DNA of 64,000 nucleotides from an uncultured Verrucomicrobiae bacterium (GCA_963836755.1 CAWIKF010000002.1:640001-704000), one strand, 5' to 3'. Shown: positions 11,876-21,989, numbered from the stretch's first letter. Notes: generated by a model not told the origin, from the sequence alone. A program made the numbers and translations.

Positions 11876-13124
11876 ATGCTAAATACGCGCGTTTCCTAAC
11901 CGACACCTTCTTTCATTGCTTGCAGCTACGCTCTGCTTTTCCTGTCTTTCGGCGAATGGCGCTGCCAACACAGTGGAATTGGCTTCGCCGAAAAATGAGG
12001 ACCATTTTGAGGTAACCAAGCCGTTATTCTTTTGGCAGACTGACCCCCAAGCCAAAAGCTACAGCTTGGTAATCGATGGCACGCCGGTAGCCGAAATTCC
12101 GGCTCAATCCATCCCCGTCATGCACTTCGGACTGACGAAGGAACTCCCTCCCGGCCCTCATCATTGGTTGGTAAAAGAAACAACGACGACTGGTTCTGAA
12201 AACAGTTCCAGCAGCTCCGCCTTCACCATTGATCCTCCTGAAACTTGGCCCCATTGGGCGATTGGCCCCTTTGAACGATATGGAAAAAATCCGGTCCTCT
12301 CGCCGCAGGGAACGACTTGGGAGTCGGTCAACACGCTCAATCCCGGCATGCTTTTCGACCAGGGAAAATTCCGCATGCTCTATCGCGCGCAAGGCAAGGC
12401 TTGGGCTTCCCGCGTGGGCTATGCGGAAAGTCCCGACGGCGTCAGCTTTGTCCCGAATCCCAACCCGGTCATCGACATTACCGATCCTGCCGAAAAGAGG
12501 TTCGGCTGTGAAGACGCTCGATTCCTAAAGTATCAAGGAACCTATTATTCCTTTTATGCCGGCCCGGGCGGTGAGGCGGAGGCTACTTCGCCTGATGGGC
12601 TTCATTGGACAAAGCTCGGACCGATCGGCGCCAAAACAAAGAACGCCGCGGTTGTCTGCAACCCCAATGGCGTCCCGGTCAAGATCAACGGTAAGTTCGC
12701 CATGTTCATTGGCGACAGTCGGTTCAACGTCTGTTATTCGGACGACTTTATCCATTGGGGCCCGCTGACTAAAATCGACATGAAGTTTCCGCATGGCTGG
12801 GGAGCTCCTTATGAGCCGTGTATTGCGATCACTGATTATTCGGCGGCGCAGCCCGATAACGTCGTGCTGTTCATTGCCGGCACCCTCAACGGTAAAGGCA
12901 AATGGTTCTATGCCATATCCGAAGTCCTCTTTTCGAAAAAAGATCTTACCACAAAAGTCGCGCAGCTCGACGACTGCATTATGAAGCCTAGTGAGCCTTA
13001 TGAAAGTGGTCAGAACAAAAACTGTCTCTGGATGCACAGCATCATCCAGCACGACCGGCAATGGTGGATGTATTATGGAGCCGGAGATCGATTTGTGGCC
13101 TTAGCGACAGCTCCTTTGAAATAG
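11876..13124 (+). CDS. Secreted GH130-like five-bladed beta-propeller glycosidase with an N-terminal Ig-like module. Start is uncertain: TTG 11916, or ATG 11876 if AAA at 11881-11883 is really AA
   Basis: WAIGPFERYGKNPVLSP, LNPG, GCEDAR, KINGKFAM, PYESGQ and YYGAGD motifs resemble GH130 beta-mannoside-active enzymes. Hydrophobic signal segment LLSLLAATLCFSCLSANGA. Confidence 0.7.
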
Positions 13125-13177
13125 CACTGGTTGTAGATGACCCAGAATGGCTTGTCGAACCTCTGGCTCTCAGTAGA

Positions 13178-16100
13178 ATGCCTGCTGTGAAAACAATTTC
13201 CCCCGTGTGGCCGGAGTTTCGAAACGCTAAAAGGTTTCTAGGCCGATTTTACCTTCCTTTTGTATTTCTGCTTTTGAGTATCTGGACTGCCTCAGGGCAG
13301 GATACTTCCGTCTCCTTACTCAGCGGTGGATCGTGGAAACTGGCGCCTCAGAGCGACGTTCCCGAGTCCGGCGAACAAATTTCAGCGAGCGGCTTCTCGA
13401 CAGCAAGTTGGTTGGCAGCTCAGGTCCCTGGAACCGTATTCGGCTCGTATGTTCTGGCGGGTAAGGAGAAGGATCCCAATTTCGGGGATAACATCTATCA
13501 GGTCGATGTGCTTAAGTATGATCGTAATTTTTGGTATCGCACCGACTTCTCCGTTCCCGAGGCCTATCAAGGCCGCCGAATCTGGTTGAACCTGGACGCC
13601 GTAAACCGGGATGCCGATGTATATGTAAATGGGAATAAAGTCGGCTCTATGCACGGATTCCTGCAACGTGGCCGCTTCGATGTCACCAGCGTGGTCAAGG
13701 TAGGCGGGAAGAATTGCCTGGCGGTGCTTGATTATGTCCCGGTCCTGTTTGGTAAGGACGATGCCGAGATGCGAACGGAGATCGCGGCGGAACAGAAGGC
13801 CAAGCCTGGTCCAGTATTCGTCAGCAAGGAGAACTATAGCAGCCCCGCCTTTATCTGCACGCGAGGATGGGATTGGATGCCGCCGGTCCCGGGGCTCGAT
13901 ATGGGTATCTACAAGGACGTCTATTTGAGCAGCACCCAAGATGTCACCCTCAACGACCCATGGATCCGAACGGAAGAACTTGGTTCCGATAGTGCGGATC
14001 TTTTTGTTCAGACGGACTTGCAGAATCTTTCTTCGGCCGATGTGCAGGGAACCTTGGACGGCGAGATCAACCCAGGAAAAATCACCTTTTCCCAACCGGT
14101 GACAGTCAAATCAGGAACGACGCAGACCGTGACCCTCACGAGCGCCACCGTCGCTGCGCTTCATATCGCCAATCCGAAGCTCTGGTGGCCGAATGGCTAC
14201 GGAGATCCCAGCCTATATGCGATTAAGCTCGCCTTCAAAACGAGCGGGGTGATTTCTGACCAGAAGACGATCAACTTCGGGATTCGAAAATACACGTATG
14301 ATACTGAGGACAAGACGCTCCACTTTTACATCAATGGTGTGCGTGTTTATCCCAAGGGCGGCAGTTGGGGAATGGCCGAATATCTCCTGCGCTGCACCGC
14401 CAAGGACTACGACACCAAGGTTCGTTTTCATCGGGAACTAAACTTCAATATCATTCGCAATTGGATGGGCATGACTCCGGACGACGCTTTCTATGCGGCG
14501 TGCGATAAGTATGGAATCATGGTCTGGGACGAGTTTTGGCTAAACTCCTTGGGGGGAAAGCCACGGGATGTCTCCGTGTTTCACGACAATTTAATCGAGA
14601 AAATAAAACAGTTCCGAAATCACGCCTGCATCCTCCTTTGGTGCGGCGACAACGAGGGCACGCCTCCCGAACCCTTGAATGGTTGGTTGCGCGACGCCGT
14701 GCAGACCTATGATGGGGGGGATCGCTATTATCAACCTCAATCCAACCGAGGAAACCTGAGCGGCAGCGGGCCATGGGGCAACCTCGATCTGAAAAACTAC
14801 TTCACCGGCGTTGGCTTGGAACGGATTAAGGGCATCCCTTACGGGAACCGAAGTGAAGTCGGCATGGCCACGGTTACGAACCTTGATAGCCTCAAAAAGT
14901 TCATGCCGGAAGCGAGTCTGTGGCCAACCAACGAAATGTGGAACAAGCATTTCTTTGGTCGCTTTGCCGGACACGCAAGTCCATCCACCTATTTCGCCGA
15001 CGTAAACCACCGCTACGGCAGAGCGAAGGGAATCGAGGATTTCTGCCGAAATGCGCAGTTGCTCAATATCGAAACGATGAAGGCAATGTTCGAGGGCTTT
15101 TTGGATCACAGTGATAAGGACTCTGCAGGTGTGATCATCTGGATGAGCATGTCCGCATATCCCTCCCTGGTTTGGCAGACCTTTGACTATTACTACGATT
15201 TAAACGGCGCTTATTGGGGCGCTAAGTCGGCCTGCGAACCTCTCCATATCTATTGGAACGAAAACGATGATCGGATTCGGGTAGTCAACACCACGGGTAA
15301 GCCGGCCGATGGATTGACGGCAGAGGCATGGATTTATAATCTGGATGGCTCCCAGAAGTATGAGCGAAAGTCCGGCCTACTTGAATCCAAGCCCAATGCA
15401 GTAGCTGATTGCTTTACACTCACCTATCCCGAGGATCTAACGCCGGTCCATTTCATTCGGCTGCGGCTCACGAATCGTTCAGGAGCGCTGGTCTCCGAGA
15501 ACTTTTATTGGCGCGGCACCCAGGATCTCAATTTCAAGGCTCTCAACTCGCTTAAAAAAGTTGCGTTGGGGTTAACCTCCCAAAGCTCACAAGAGCAGGG
15601 CGAATCGGTTGTCACGGCAACGGTCACTAATCCAGCAAACTCGCAGACAGTTGCCTTTGCCATTCGCCCGCTTCTTGTCAAACCGAGCACGGGCGGCCAA
15701 ATCCTGCCGGTGATCATCAGCGACGGCTATTTCTCGTTGTTGCCGGGGGAAAGCAAACAGATCACCTTTCGATACGATCCTGCACTGGCTGGCGGCGAAA
15801 CTCCGCAGGTGCGATTGGAGTGTTACAACAATTTCACGACCGAAAAAGTAGCTCCTATTTTGCCGGGCGACCTCGCGCAGAATAAAAAGGTGACTGCTTC
15901 CTCTGACAACCGTCAGGCAGACGGTCCGGACGCGGTGGTCGATGGTGATTTGACGACACGGTGGCTTTCCGATGGTAATACGGATCCGCAGTGGATCAGG
16001 ATTGACCTTGGATCCAGTCAGAAAATCAATCGCGTCAAACTCCTTTGGGAAAAGTCTTATGCCAAGAGCTATGCAATGCAGGTGTCCGACGATGGGCTGA

Positions 16101-16270
16101 CATGGACGGACATCTACCAGACGAGCACTGGCAAGGGGGGCACTGAAGACCTTACGAACCTCAGTGGACGCGGGCGCTACATTCGGCTCAACGCAACGGA
16201 ACGGGCCAATCGCTACGGATACTCGCTTTATGAGTTCGAAGTTTTTGGGCCGGATCAGCCACAGCATTAA
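13178..16270 (+). CDS. GH2 beta-mannosidase/exo-beta-glucosaminidase-like glycosidase with C-terminal F5/8 type C (CBM32) domain
   Basis: VPGTV, GWDW, PKLWWPNGYG, FGIR, ACDKYGIMVWDEF and WCGDNEG (acid/base NE) motifs. C-terminal AVVDGDLTTRW...WIRIDLG...GYSLYEFEVF discoidin domain. Confidence 0.85.
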   Translation: MPAVKTISPVWPEFRNAKRFLGRFYLPFVFLLLSIWTASGQDTSVSLLSGGSWKLAPQSDVPESGEQISASGFSTASWLAAQVPGTVFGSYVLAGKEKDPNFGDNIYQVDVLKYDRNFWYRTDFSVPEAYQGRRIWLNLDAVNRDADVYVNGNKVGSMHGFLQRGRFDVTSVVKVGGKNCLAVLDYVPVLFGKDDAEMRTEIAAEQKAKPGPVFVSKENYSSPAFICTRGWDWMPPVPGLDMGIYKDVYLSSTQDVTLNDPWIRTEELGSDSADLFVQTDLQNLSSADVQGTLDGEINPGKITFSQPVTVKSGTTQTVTLTSATVAALHIANPKLWWPNGYGDPSLYAIKLAFKTSGVISDQKTINFGIRKYTYDTEDKTLHFYINGVRVYPKGGSWGMAEYLLRCTAKDYDTKVRFHRELNFNIIRNWMGMTPDDAFYAACDKYGIMVWDEFWLNSLGGKPRDVSVFHDNLIEKIKQFRNHACILLWCGDNEGTPPEPLNGWLRDAVQTYDGGDRYYQPQSNRGNLSGSGPWGNLDLKNYFTGVGLERIKGIPYGNRSEVGMATVTNLDSLKKFMPEASLWPTNEMWNKHFFGRFAGHASPSTYFADVNHRYGRAKGIEDFCRNAQLLNIETMKAMFEGFLDHSDKDSAGVIIWMSMSAYPSLVWQTFDYYYDLNGAYWGAKSACEPLHIYWNENDDRIRVVNTTGKPADGLTAEAWIYNLDGSQKYERKSGLLESKPNAVADCFTLTYPEDLTPVHFIRLRLTNRSGALVSENFYWRGTQDLNFKALNSLKKVALGLTSQSSQEQGESVVTATVTNPANSQTVAFAIRPLLVKPSTGGQILPVIISDGYFSLLPGESKQITFRYDPALAGGETPQVRLECYNNFTTEKVAPILPGDLAQNKKVTASSDNRQADGPDAVVDGDLTTRWLSDGNTDPQWIRIDLGSSQKINRVKLLWEKSYAKSYAMQVSDDGLTWTDIYQTSTGKGGTEDLTNLSGRGRYIRLNATERANRYGYSLYEFEVFGPDQPQH

Positions 16271-16352
16271 CCGTATAGTTCTCGGGTGTGTTAAAAAGCA
16301 TCGGCATCCGGCGCTATGCCTGGTTCTTGTTAAGCCCGAAGAGATTTCCCTT

Positions 16353-18767
16353 ATGAAATTCCACAACACCTCGTCTCTCCTCCGCCCGTTGGCATTGAGC
16401 CTCCTGCTCGGCGGTCTTTGCTTACCCTCAACGCTTGGCGCCAAGGAGGCTGTCGATTATGTCGATCCCTTCATCGGCACCGGCCACATGGGCAAGGATT
16501 TTCCCGGCGCTACCGTCCCGTTCAGCATGGTGAAGCTCAGCCCTGATAATGGCGGGAGCATCAGTTATCGCTACGGTGGCAAGTTCATCCAAGGCTTCAG
16601 CTTCACCCACTTGGGCGGCGCGGACGGCGGTGAGCTGGGCAACGTCCTCGTGACCCCGACGACGGGTCCGCTGAACACCTTCTGGGGCGGAGGCAAACCC
16701 GGCGAGCGCTACGGTTCGAATTTTTCAAAATCGACCGAGCAAGCGAGCGCAGGATATTACGCCGTCACACTCGACGAGTATCAGGCGCGTGCCGAAATGA
16801 CCGTCGCGCCGCACAGCGGCATCCTGCGATTCACGTTCCCTGAGAACGCGCAGTCGCGCATCCAGATCGACCTCTCACACCGCAACGGCGGCACGTCGTT
16901 CCACCAGACCTGCAAAGTGGTGGATGACCACACGATCGAAGGCCAGATTGACTGCACACCGGCCGGTGGAGGCTGGCACTGCACCTACACAGCTTATTAC
17001 CACCTGGAGTTCAGCAAGCCCTTCATCAAGTCCGGCATGTGGAGCGCCACGCTGCCGCCGGATTGGATGGCCCCTGGTTTCAAAATGAGCCGGACCACCA
17101 ACACGAGCAGTGCTTCCTTTGTTGCTGCCTGCAAGGCCGCGAAGGTGACGCCGGAAGCGAAGGAAATGGAAGGCACACATATCGGTTTCTATACGGAGTT
17201 TCCGACAAAGGCCAACGACACCGTGCTCGTCAAGGGCGGCATCTCCTTCGTCAGCCTTGCAGGCGCCCGTGCGAATCTCGCCGCGGAAATTTCCGACTGG
17301 AACTTTGACAACGTCCATCAGCAGGCACGCGACGCCTGGTCAAAAGAACTGGGTCGGCTCGCAGTGGAGGGCGGCACCGAGGACAACAAGACTATTTACT
17401 ATAGTGCTCTCTACCGCGCCTTGCAGTTCCCGCAAATCGATCAGGACGTGGATGGGAATTATCGCGGCGGCGACTTCAAGCCGCATCACGCCGATGGCTT
17501 CACCAACCGGACGATCTTCAGCGGATGGGACGTTTACCGCAGTGAATTTCCTTTGCTGACATTGATCGATCCCACCGTAGTCAACGACCAGATCAACAGC
17601 ATGCTCAGCCTGGCCGAGACTAACGGCACCCACTATTACGACCGCTGGGAAATCATGGGTTACTACAGCGGGGTCATGATCGGCAATCCGGAGGTCGCGA
17701 TCATCAACGACGCCTACCAAAAGGGGATCCGCAATTTCGATATCGCCAAGGCCTATGAGGATTCGGTCAACTCGGTGCAGAAATTTGGCTACGCGCCCAC
17801 CGGCTACAATCCAGGCAACATCTCGGAGACGACCGAGTATGGGCTGGATGACTGGAACCTCGCGCAACTCGCCGCGTCACTGGGCAAGAAGGACGACGCG
17901 GCGAAATATCACCAGCTCTCCAGCTCCTATAAGCAGATCTTTGATCCCGACGTGCCTTGGACCTACGACCCCGCTGGCAAGGACGCCAAGCCGGAATGGA
18001 AAGGCTGGTTCCGCGCCAAAGACGCCAAGGGCAACTTCGTGAAGTGGACCGGCCTGCTCGAGGAGGGAACGACGCGCGAAGCGACCGTCTACCAAGCCGG
18101 CTGGACGGTCTATTACGACGTTCCCGGCATGATCGAGCTCGACGGCGGCAAGGATCTTTTCGTTGCCAAGCTGCGCGACTTCTTCGAGCGCACGCCGGAC
18201 TTCAGCACTTGGAGTCCCTACAGCGGCATCCCGCATCCATACCACGCAAGGGGCCAGGAGCCATGGTGGAACCCTTATAACAATCCGGTCAATGAACCGA
18301 CCGAGCTGATCTCCCTCTTGTTCAATCGCGCCGGCGCGCCGTGGCTGACGCAGAAATGGGTGCGCGAATCGATGAAAGTCTACCTCACCGGCCCCGAGGG
18401 CTTGCCGGGCGACGACGATTGTGGGCAGATGTCCGCTTGGTATGTCTTCGCCGCTATCGGGCTGCACCAGATCTGCGCAGGCGATCCCCGCTTTGAGATT
18501 TTCACGCCACTGTTTGACAAGGTCACGCTCACGCTCGACCCGAAATATACGAAGGGCGGCACCTTCACGATCACGACGAAGAACAACTCATCCAAAAATA
18601 TCTACATCCAGTCGGCGACCTTCAACGGCAAGCCATTCAACCGGTGCTGGCTGAACTACTCCGAGATCGCCGCAGGTGGGCAGCTCGACTTGGTGCTGGG
18701 TCCGCAGCCGAACAAAAGCTGGGGCTTGACCGCCGGTGCGCCTGGGCCTGGAAACGGCCCCATGTAA
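16353..18767 (+). CDS. GH92 alpha-mannosidase
   Basis: Signal peptide. YVDPFIGT, FPGATVPFSMVKLSPD, FSGWDVYR, NEP and GLPGDDDCGQMSAWYVF are all GH92 hallmarks. Confidence 0.92.
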   Translation: MKFHNTSSLLRPLALSLLLGGLCLPSTLGAKEAVDYVDPFIGTGHMGKDFPGATVPFSMVKLSPDNGGSISYRYGGKFIQGFSFTHLGGADGGELGNVLVTPTTGPLNTFWGGGKPGERYGSNFSKSTEQASAGYYAVTLDEYQARAEMTVAPHSGILRFTFPENAQSRIQIDLSHRNGGTSFHQTCKVVDDHTIEGQIDCTPAGGGWHCTYTAYYHLEFSKPFIKSGMWSATLPPDWMAPGFKMSRTTNTSSASFVAACKAAKVTPEAKEMEGTHIGFYTEFPTKANDTVLVKGGISFVSLAGARANLAAEISDWNFDNVHQQARDAWSKELGRLAVEGGTEDNKTIYYSALYRALQFPQIDQDVDGNYRGGDFKPHHADGFTNRTIFSGWDVYRSEFPLLTLIDPTVVNDQINSMLSLAETNGTHYYDRWEIMGYYSGVMIGNPEVAIINDAYQKGIRNFDIAKAYEDSVNSVQKFGYAPTGYNPGNISETTEYGLDDWNLAQLAASLGKKDDAAKYHQLSSSYKQIFDPDVPWTYDPAGKDAKPEWKGWFRAKDAKGNFVKWTGLLEEGTTREATVYQAGWTVYYDVPGMIELDGGKDLFVAKLRDFFERTPDFSTWSPYSGIPHPYHARGQEPWWNPYNNPVNEPTELISLLFNRAGAPWLTQKWVRESMKVYLTGPEGLPGDDDCGQMSAWYVFAAIGLHQICAGDPRFEIFTPLFDKVTLTLDPKYTKGGTFTITTKNNSSKNIYIQSATFNGKPFNRCWLNYSEIAAGGQLDLVLGPQPNKSWGLTAGAPGPGNGPM

Positions 18768-18872
18768 CCTTTAGAGTCGGTTCTATGACCGAAGGAAGGA
18801 TGCTGCAAAGATGCTGCCGATCGTCCAAAAGAAAAGCTGCGCGTGAAGCTATTCGCTTGCATAGGTAGATGG

Positions 18873-19274
18873 TTAGACTCTTTTCGAGAAGTGTGATCCA
18901 TACTTGGCTCGGCTGCGCCTCAAGTAATCGAGATGATGAGGGATGGCCATGATCTCCTCGTCGAAAATGAAACCGAGGTTGGGTATGTCCCGCTCCTTAA
19001 TGCGAAGAACCTTCCGCAGATCGAATCCGCGCCATTCGCTGAGTATCGCTTCGTATTCGTCGGGATCGATCTGAAAAGGCTGCCAGATCAATCCAGAACC
19101 CATGCCGCCGCCAGCCTTACCTGCGACCAAAACTTCGTTCAACGCTTCCCTCGACGGGACGACGGAAAAATAGAGCGCGTAGGGAATATCCAGGACGAAT
19201 CGATACAATGGATTCTTCTTCGGCCATTTCCACGGCATCAAAAACTCACTTCTCTTGTATTTGATGATTCTCAT
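18873..19274 (-). CDS. Hypothetical protein (133 aa)
   Basis: Globular-looking ORF from ATG 19274 (MRIIKYKR...). The upstream extension to 19544 looks non-coding or overlaps another ORF. Confidence 0.5.
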   Translation of the reverse strand: MRIIKYKRSEFLMPWKWPKKNPLYRFVLDIPYALYFSVVPSREALNEVLVAGKAGGGMGSGLIWQPFQIDPDEYEAILSEWRGFDLRKVLRIKERDIPNLGFIFDEEIMAIPHHLDYLRRSRAKYGSHFSKRV

Positions 19275-19308
19275 CGTCGGCGCATGGTCAGGCGTGGCGA
19301 CTGGAAGC

Positions 19309-19557
19309 TCATCGGCGTGGACTAATACTTTCTGGAAGCGTCTCTTGTAAGGAAAACGGCTTCGGGGCAAATAGATCAGGCAGAGTAGTCTCGAGTTCCA
19401 GCGTGTTAATAACGAGCGGCTCGGGCGAACGATCCCGAGTTGTCGAAATGTCGCCTCGATAACGCTGCGTCGCGTCGCGAATCGCGTTGCCGTAATCTGG
19501 GACTTGCGCAAAGGCGCCAGCCGAAACAAGGAACAGTAACGCAACGGGTCCTTTCAC
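19309..19557 (-). CDS. Possible small secreted hypothetical protein (82 aa)
   Basis: GTG start followed by a signal-like segment KGPVALLFLVSAGAFA-Q. Fills the gap between co-oriented neighbours. Confidence 0.3.
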   Translation of the reverse strand: MKGPVALLFLVSAGAFAQVPDYGNAIRDATQRYRGDISTTRDRSPEPLVINTLELETTLPDLFAPKPFSLQETLPESISPRR

Positions 19558-19601
19558 GGAGTGATGTAGTAACGCGACGTTTTGTCTAAGCGGACGACTT
19601 G

Positions 19602-20090
19602 TTAGCTGCTTTGCAATGTCGGGCTCGATTGTTTGAACACGATGCGTAGATATCCAAGTAGAGTAATCAACGCGACGGCAGCGTAGATGATTACGATCGC
19701 GAAAACGACGTAGGCGCCATACAACCATTGGTAGAACACGGTCATCGCCCACAGCCAATAGCTCGTGCCTGCGCAAAGAATAAGCTCTCCAATCGGTAGA
19801 AGCCATGCCAGACGCTTCCCCTCCGCGCGCCTGCCCACGAGCACAAACAGGAGAGGCCATCCAAATGCGACGATGGTTAGCAGACCCCGCAAGCTGAAGC
19901 TGACATCGGCGATTCCATAGTGGTATTCCGTCTGATCGTCGCTCTGTGGAAAGACGCGCTGCGAAAATCTCTTTGGATGGCTAGGTATGGTCGAAGTGCC
20001 GCTTTGCCGCGAGCACTGGCCGAGTGGCAGGAACAACGCGCACAACAGCGAGATAGCGAGAGCTAGTTTGACCCGGCGGAACGCTTGCAT
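19602..20090 (-). CDS. Hypothetical membrane protein (about 4 TM)
   Basis: 162-aa ORF with an ATG start and several hydrophobic segments. Confidence 0.6.
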   Translation of the reverse strand: MQAFRRVKLALAISLLCALFLPLGQCSRQSGTSTIPSHPKRFSQRVFPQSDDQTEYHYGIADVSFSLRGLLTIVAFGWPLLFVLVGRRAEGKRLAWLLPIGELILCAGTSYWLWAMTVFYQWLYGAYVVFAIVIIYAAVALITLLGYLRIVFKQSSPTLQSS

Positions 20091-20147
20091 GGCAGACTAA
20101 GGAACAAAGATCGCCTCCTTTGCAAGCTTGTTCGCTGCGTCGCATGC

Positions 20148-20627
20148 TCAACTACCTCGCTCGATAGGTGGAAAGATTTGTATGGCCATACGCTTAGCCA
20201 TAAAGGCGTCCTGGACCGAGACAGAAACTCCGCGGCGCGCGAGCATTGCGCATAGTTCCCTGACCACGGTGATGGGCAGGACTTTTACGTTCAAACGCTG
20301 CTTGCTCGCATCGTGACCTTGCAGGTAGAAGCGCGGGATTCCTTGTGGAGACCTGGAAGTGCGCTCCACCACGATTGCGATGCCGCCGACATCGGAAGTA
20401 GCCATGGAGAAACGGCTGAACAAGCTGCGATAAGCAATCTCCGACTCGTCGAAGCGGAACCTGACGGAGAGCGCACCGACCCAGAAGAACGATAACAGAA
20501 CTATGGCTGCCGCCAGCAGCTCCCAGCCATCGGGCTGCTTGAAGGTGCATAGGAGACCTAATCCTATGAAGAAGGCCGAGAAGATGCCGAGGATGATGAA
20601 GATCCGCGGGTCGGCTTTGCTGCTCAT
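20148..20627 (-). CDS. Hypothetical membrane protein (2 N-terminal TM plus soluble beta domain, bacterial PH-like architecture)
   Basis: 159 aa with two TM helices, then VRFRFDESEIAYRSLF. Confidence 0.55.
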   Translation of the reverse strand: MSSKADPRIFIILGIFSAFFIGLGLLCTFKQPDGWELLAAAIVLLSFFWVGALSVRFRFDESEIAYRSLFSRFSMATSDVGGIAIVVERTSRSPQGIPRFYLQGHDASKQRLNVKVLPITVVRELCAMLARRGVSVSVQDAFMAKRMAIQIFPPIERGS

Positions 20628-20720
20628 GTTGGTAAAGTTGGCGGACTTCCGAGGAGTCCTGCGAGCAGTAGGTCAGTCAGAAAAACCTTAAGTAGCAGGT
20701 GCGTGTGTCGTTTAGCCGGG

Positions 20721-21473
20721 TCATGTATTGAGCGAGCGGTCGGGTTGAAGGCCGAAGGCTTTGCGTTGGGCGGCGTTGGTGGGGTCGCGGTGGGTGAAGG
20801 CTTGGTCGGCGGCGCCTTGGAGGTCGCGGCGGAGGGGGTTGAGGGTGATGTCAACTTCCTGATGGAGCTGGGAGAGGAGTTTGGCGGAGTCCTTCTGCGC
20901 GTCGCTTTGCGCGAAGTTCGCGGTTTTGTAGGTCTCCGCGAGCTGGGCGATGACGGTGATCTCGGTGGCGCGGACGCCGGGGAGGATGTCTTTGGGCGGG
21001 GTGTTGCCGGTGCCGGGGCTTAGCTGGGCGGCGGAGTAAACGGCGGCGGTGTAGAGATCGGCGGTGCTGGCGCTGCTAAGGTTGGCGCCGACGCCGTAGG
21101 CGGCGCGTTCGGGGGCGCCGGAGGGATATTTGCGTCGCGCGCCTTTGACGATGGGATCGAGGCCGATGAGGAGGGCCAGGCGGGCTTTGGCTTCGTCGTC
21201 GGTGCTGTCCTCCGAGGCGACACGGAGGGCGCGAAGGTTATTGATGTAGCCGTCGCAGCGGCCGAGCGAAGCGGTGAGGTTGGTCTGCTTCTCGAGGGTC
21301 CATTCGCGCAGTTCGACAAGAGGCGCAACGTCGACTTTGGCGGCTTCCTGCTGGCACTTGCCGGCGAGGGTGATGTTGTCTTCGACTGCCTGATCGATAA
21401 AGCCGCGTTTGGCTCGTTTTGATGCGGGCGTCGGGGTTGGCGTGGGGTCTGGTGCTGGTGTTGAATTGCTCAT
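20721..21473 (-). CDS. Hypothetical all-alpha protein with an internal two-fold repeat (250 aa)
   Basis: Strong C-ending codon bias. The two halves end in similar motifs: LDPIVKGARRKYP..ERAAYGV and LRRDLQGAADQAF..QRKAFGL. Confidence 0.75.
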   Translation of the reverse strand: MSNSTPAPDPTPTPTPASKRAKRGFIDQAVEDNITLAGKCQQEAAKVDVAPLVELREWTLEKQTNLTASLGRCDGYINNLRALRVASEDSTDDEAKARLALLIGLDPIVKGARRKYPSGAPERAAYGVGANLSSASTADLYTAAVYSAAQLSPGTGNTPPKDILPGVRATEITVIAQLAETYKTANFAQSDAQKDSAKLLSQLHQEVDITLNPLRRDLQGAADQAFTHRDPTNAAQRKAFGLQPDRSLNT

Positions 21474-21559
21474 TTTGTTGGTTTTTTTAGTGGTTTGCGG
21501 GAGATTTTGCCGAATGGAGGCTTGAGTGATCTTTAAAGTGTCCGATTTCTGCTGGAATC

Positions 21560-21769
21560 GACCCCGGATTGGATTAAATGGATGTCCGATATCGTTTCCT
21601 GGACGTCCGATAGCCCTAAAAGGGTGCCTTTTCCCGTTTCCTCGATGTCCGTTCCGGTTTCAGCGACGCCTGTTCTGGCTTCATCGACGGCCGTTGCGGC
21701 ATAGGCGATCCCGGTTCCGGTCTCCACGATGTCGGTTCCGGCCCCATCGGCGGCCGATCCGGGGTGCGA
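21560..21769. repeat. Exactly phased 21-bp degenerate tandem array, 10 units, consensus approximately GAYGTCCGTTCCGGYTTCMTC
   Basis: Units start at 21560, 21581, 21602, 21623, 21644, 21665, 21686, 21707, 21728 and 21749 with no indels. The minus strand reads as the heptad (I/V)xETGT(D/G). Confidence 0.85.
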
Positions 21770-21950
21770 GACGGGTCGGCGAATCGCTCGCGCCGCGTGG
21801 CTGTGTCCGCTCGGGTCCGTTGGGTTGGGTGTCATCTTCGCCGCCTGCCTCGGGATGATGTGCTCTGTTTTTTCGCGGCTTGGCAAGGCTTATTTGGAGA
21901 ACTTTGACCTCGAAGAGTGGGCGCCGCTTTTGGCCGCCGCGCCTGGACGT

Positions 21951-21989
21951 AAAAAAGGCGACGCTGGTTTCCCGACGTCGCCCTTTTTT
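21951..21989 (-). terminator. Rho-independent terminator after rpsA (bidirectional)
   Basis: AAAAAA-GGCGACG...CGTCGCC-C-TTTTTT. Confidence 0.8.

Noticed and set aside
18780..20720. Complete integron or CALIN array
   Set aside because: No intI and no full attC palindrome with a GTTRRRY core could be found. Kept only as a weak finding.
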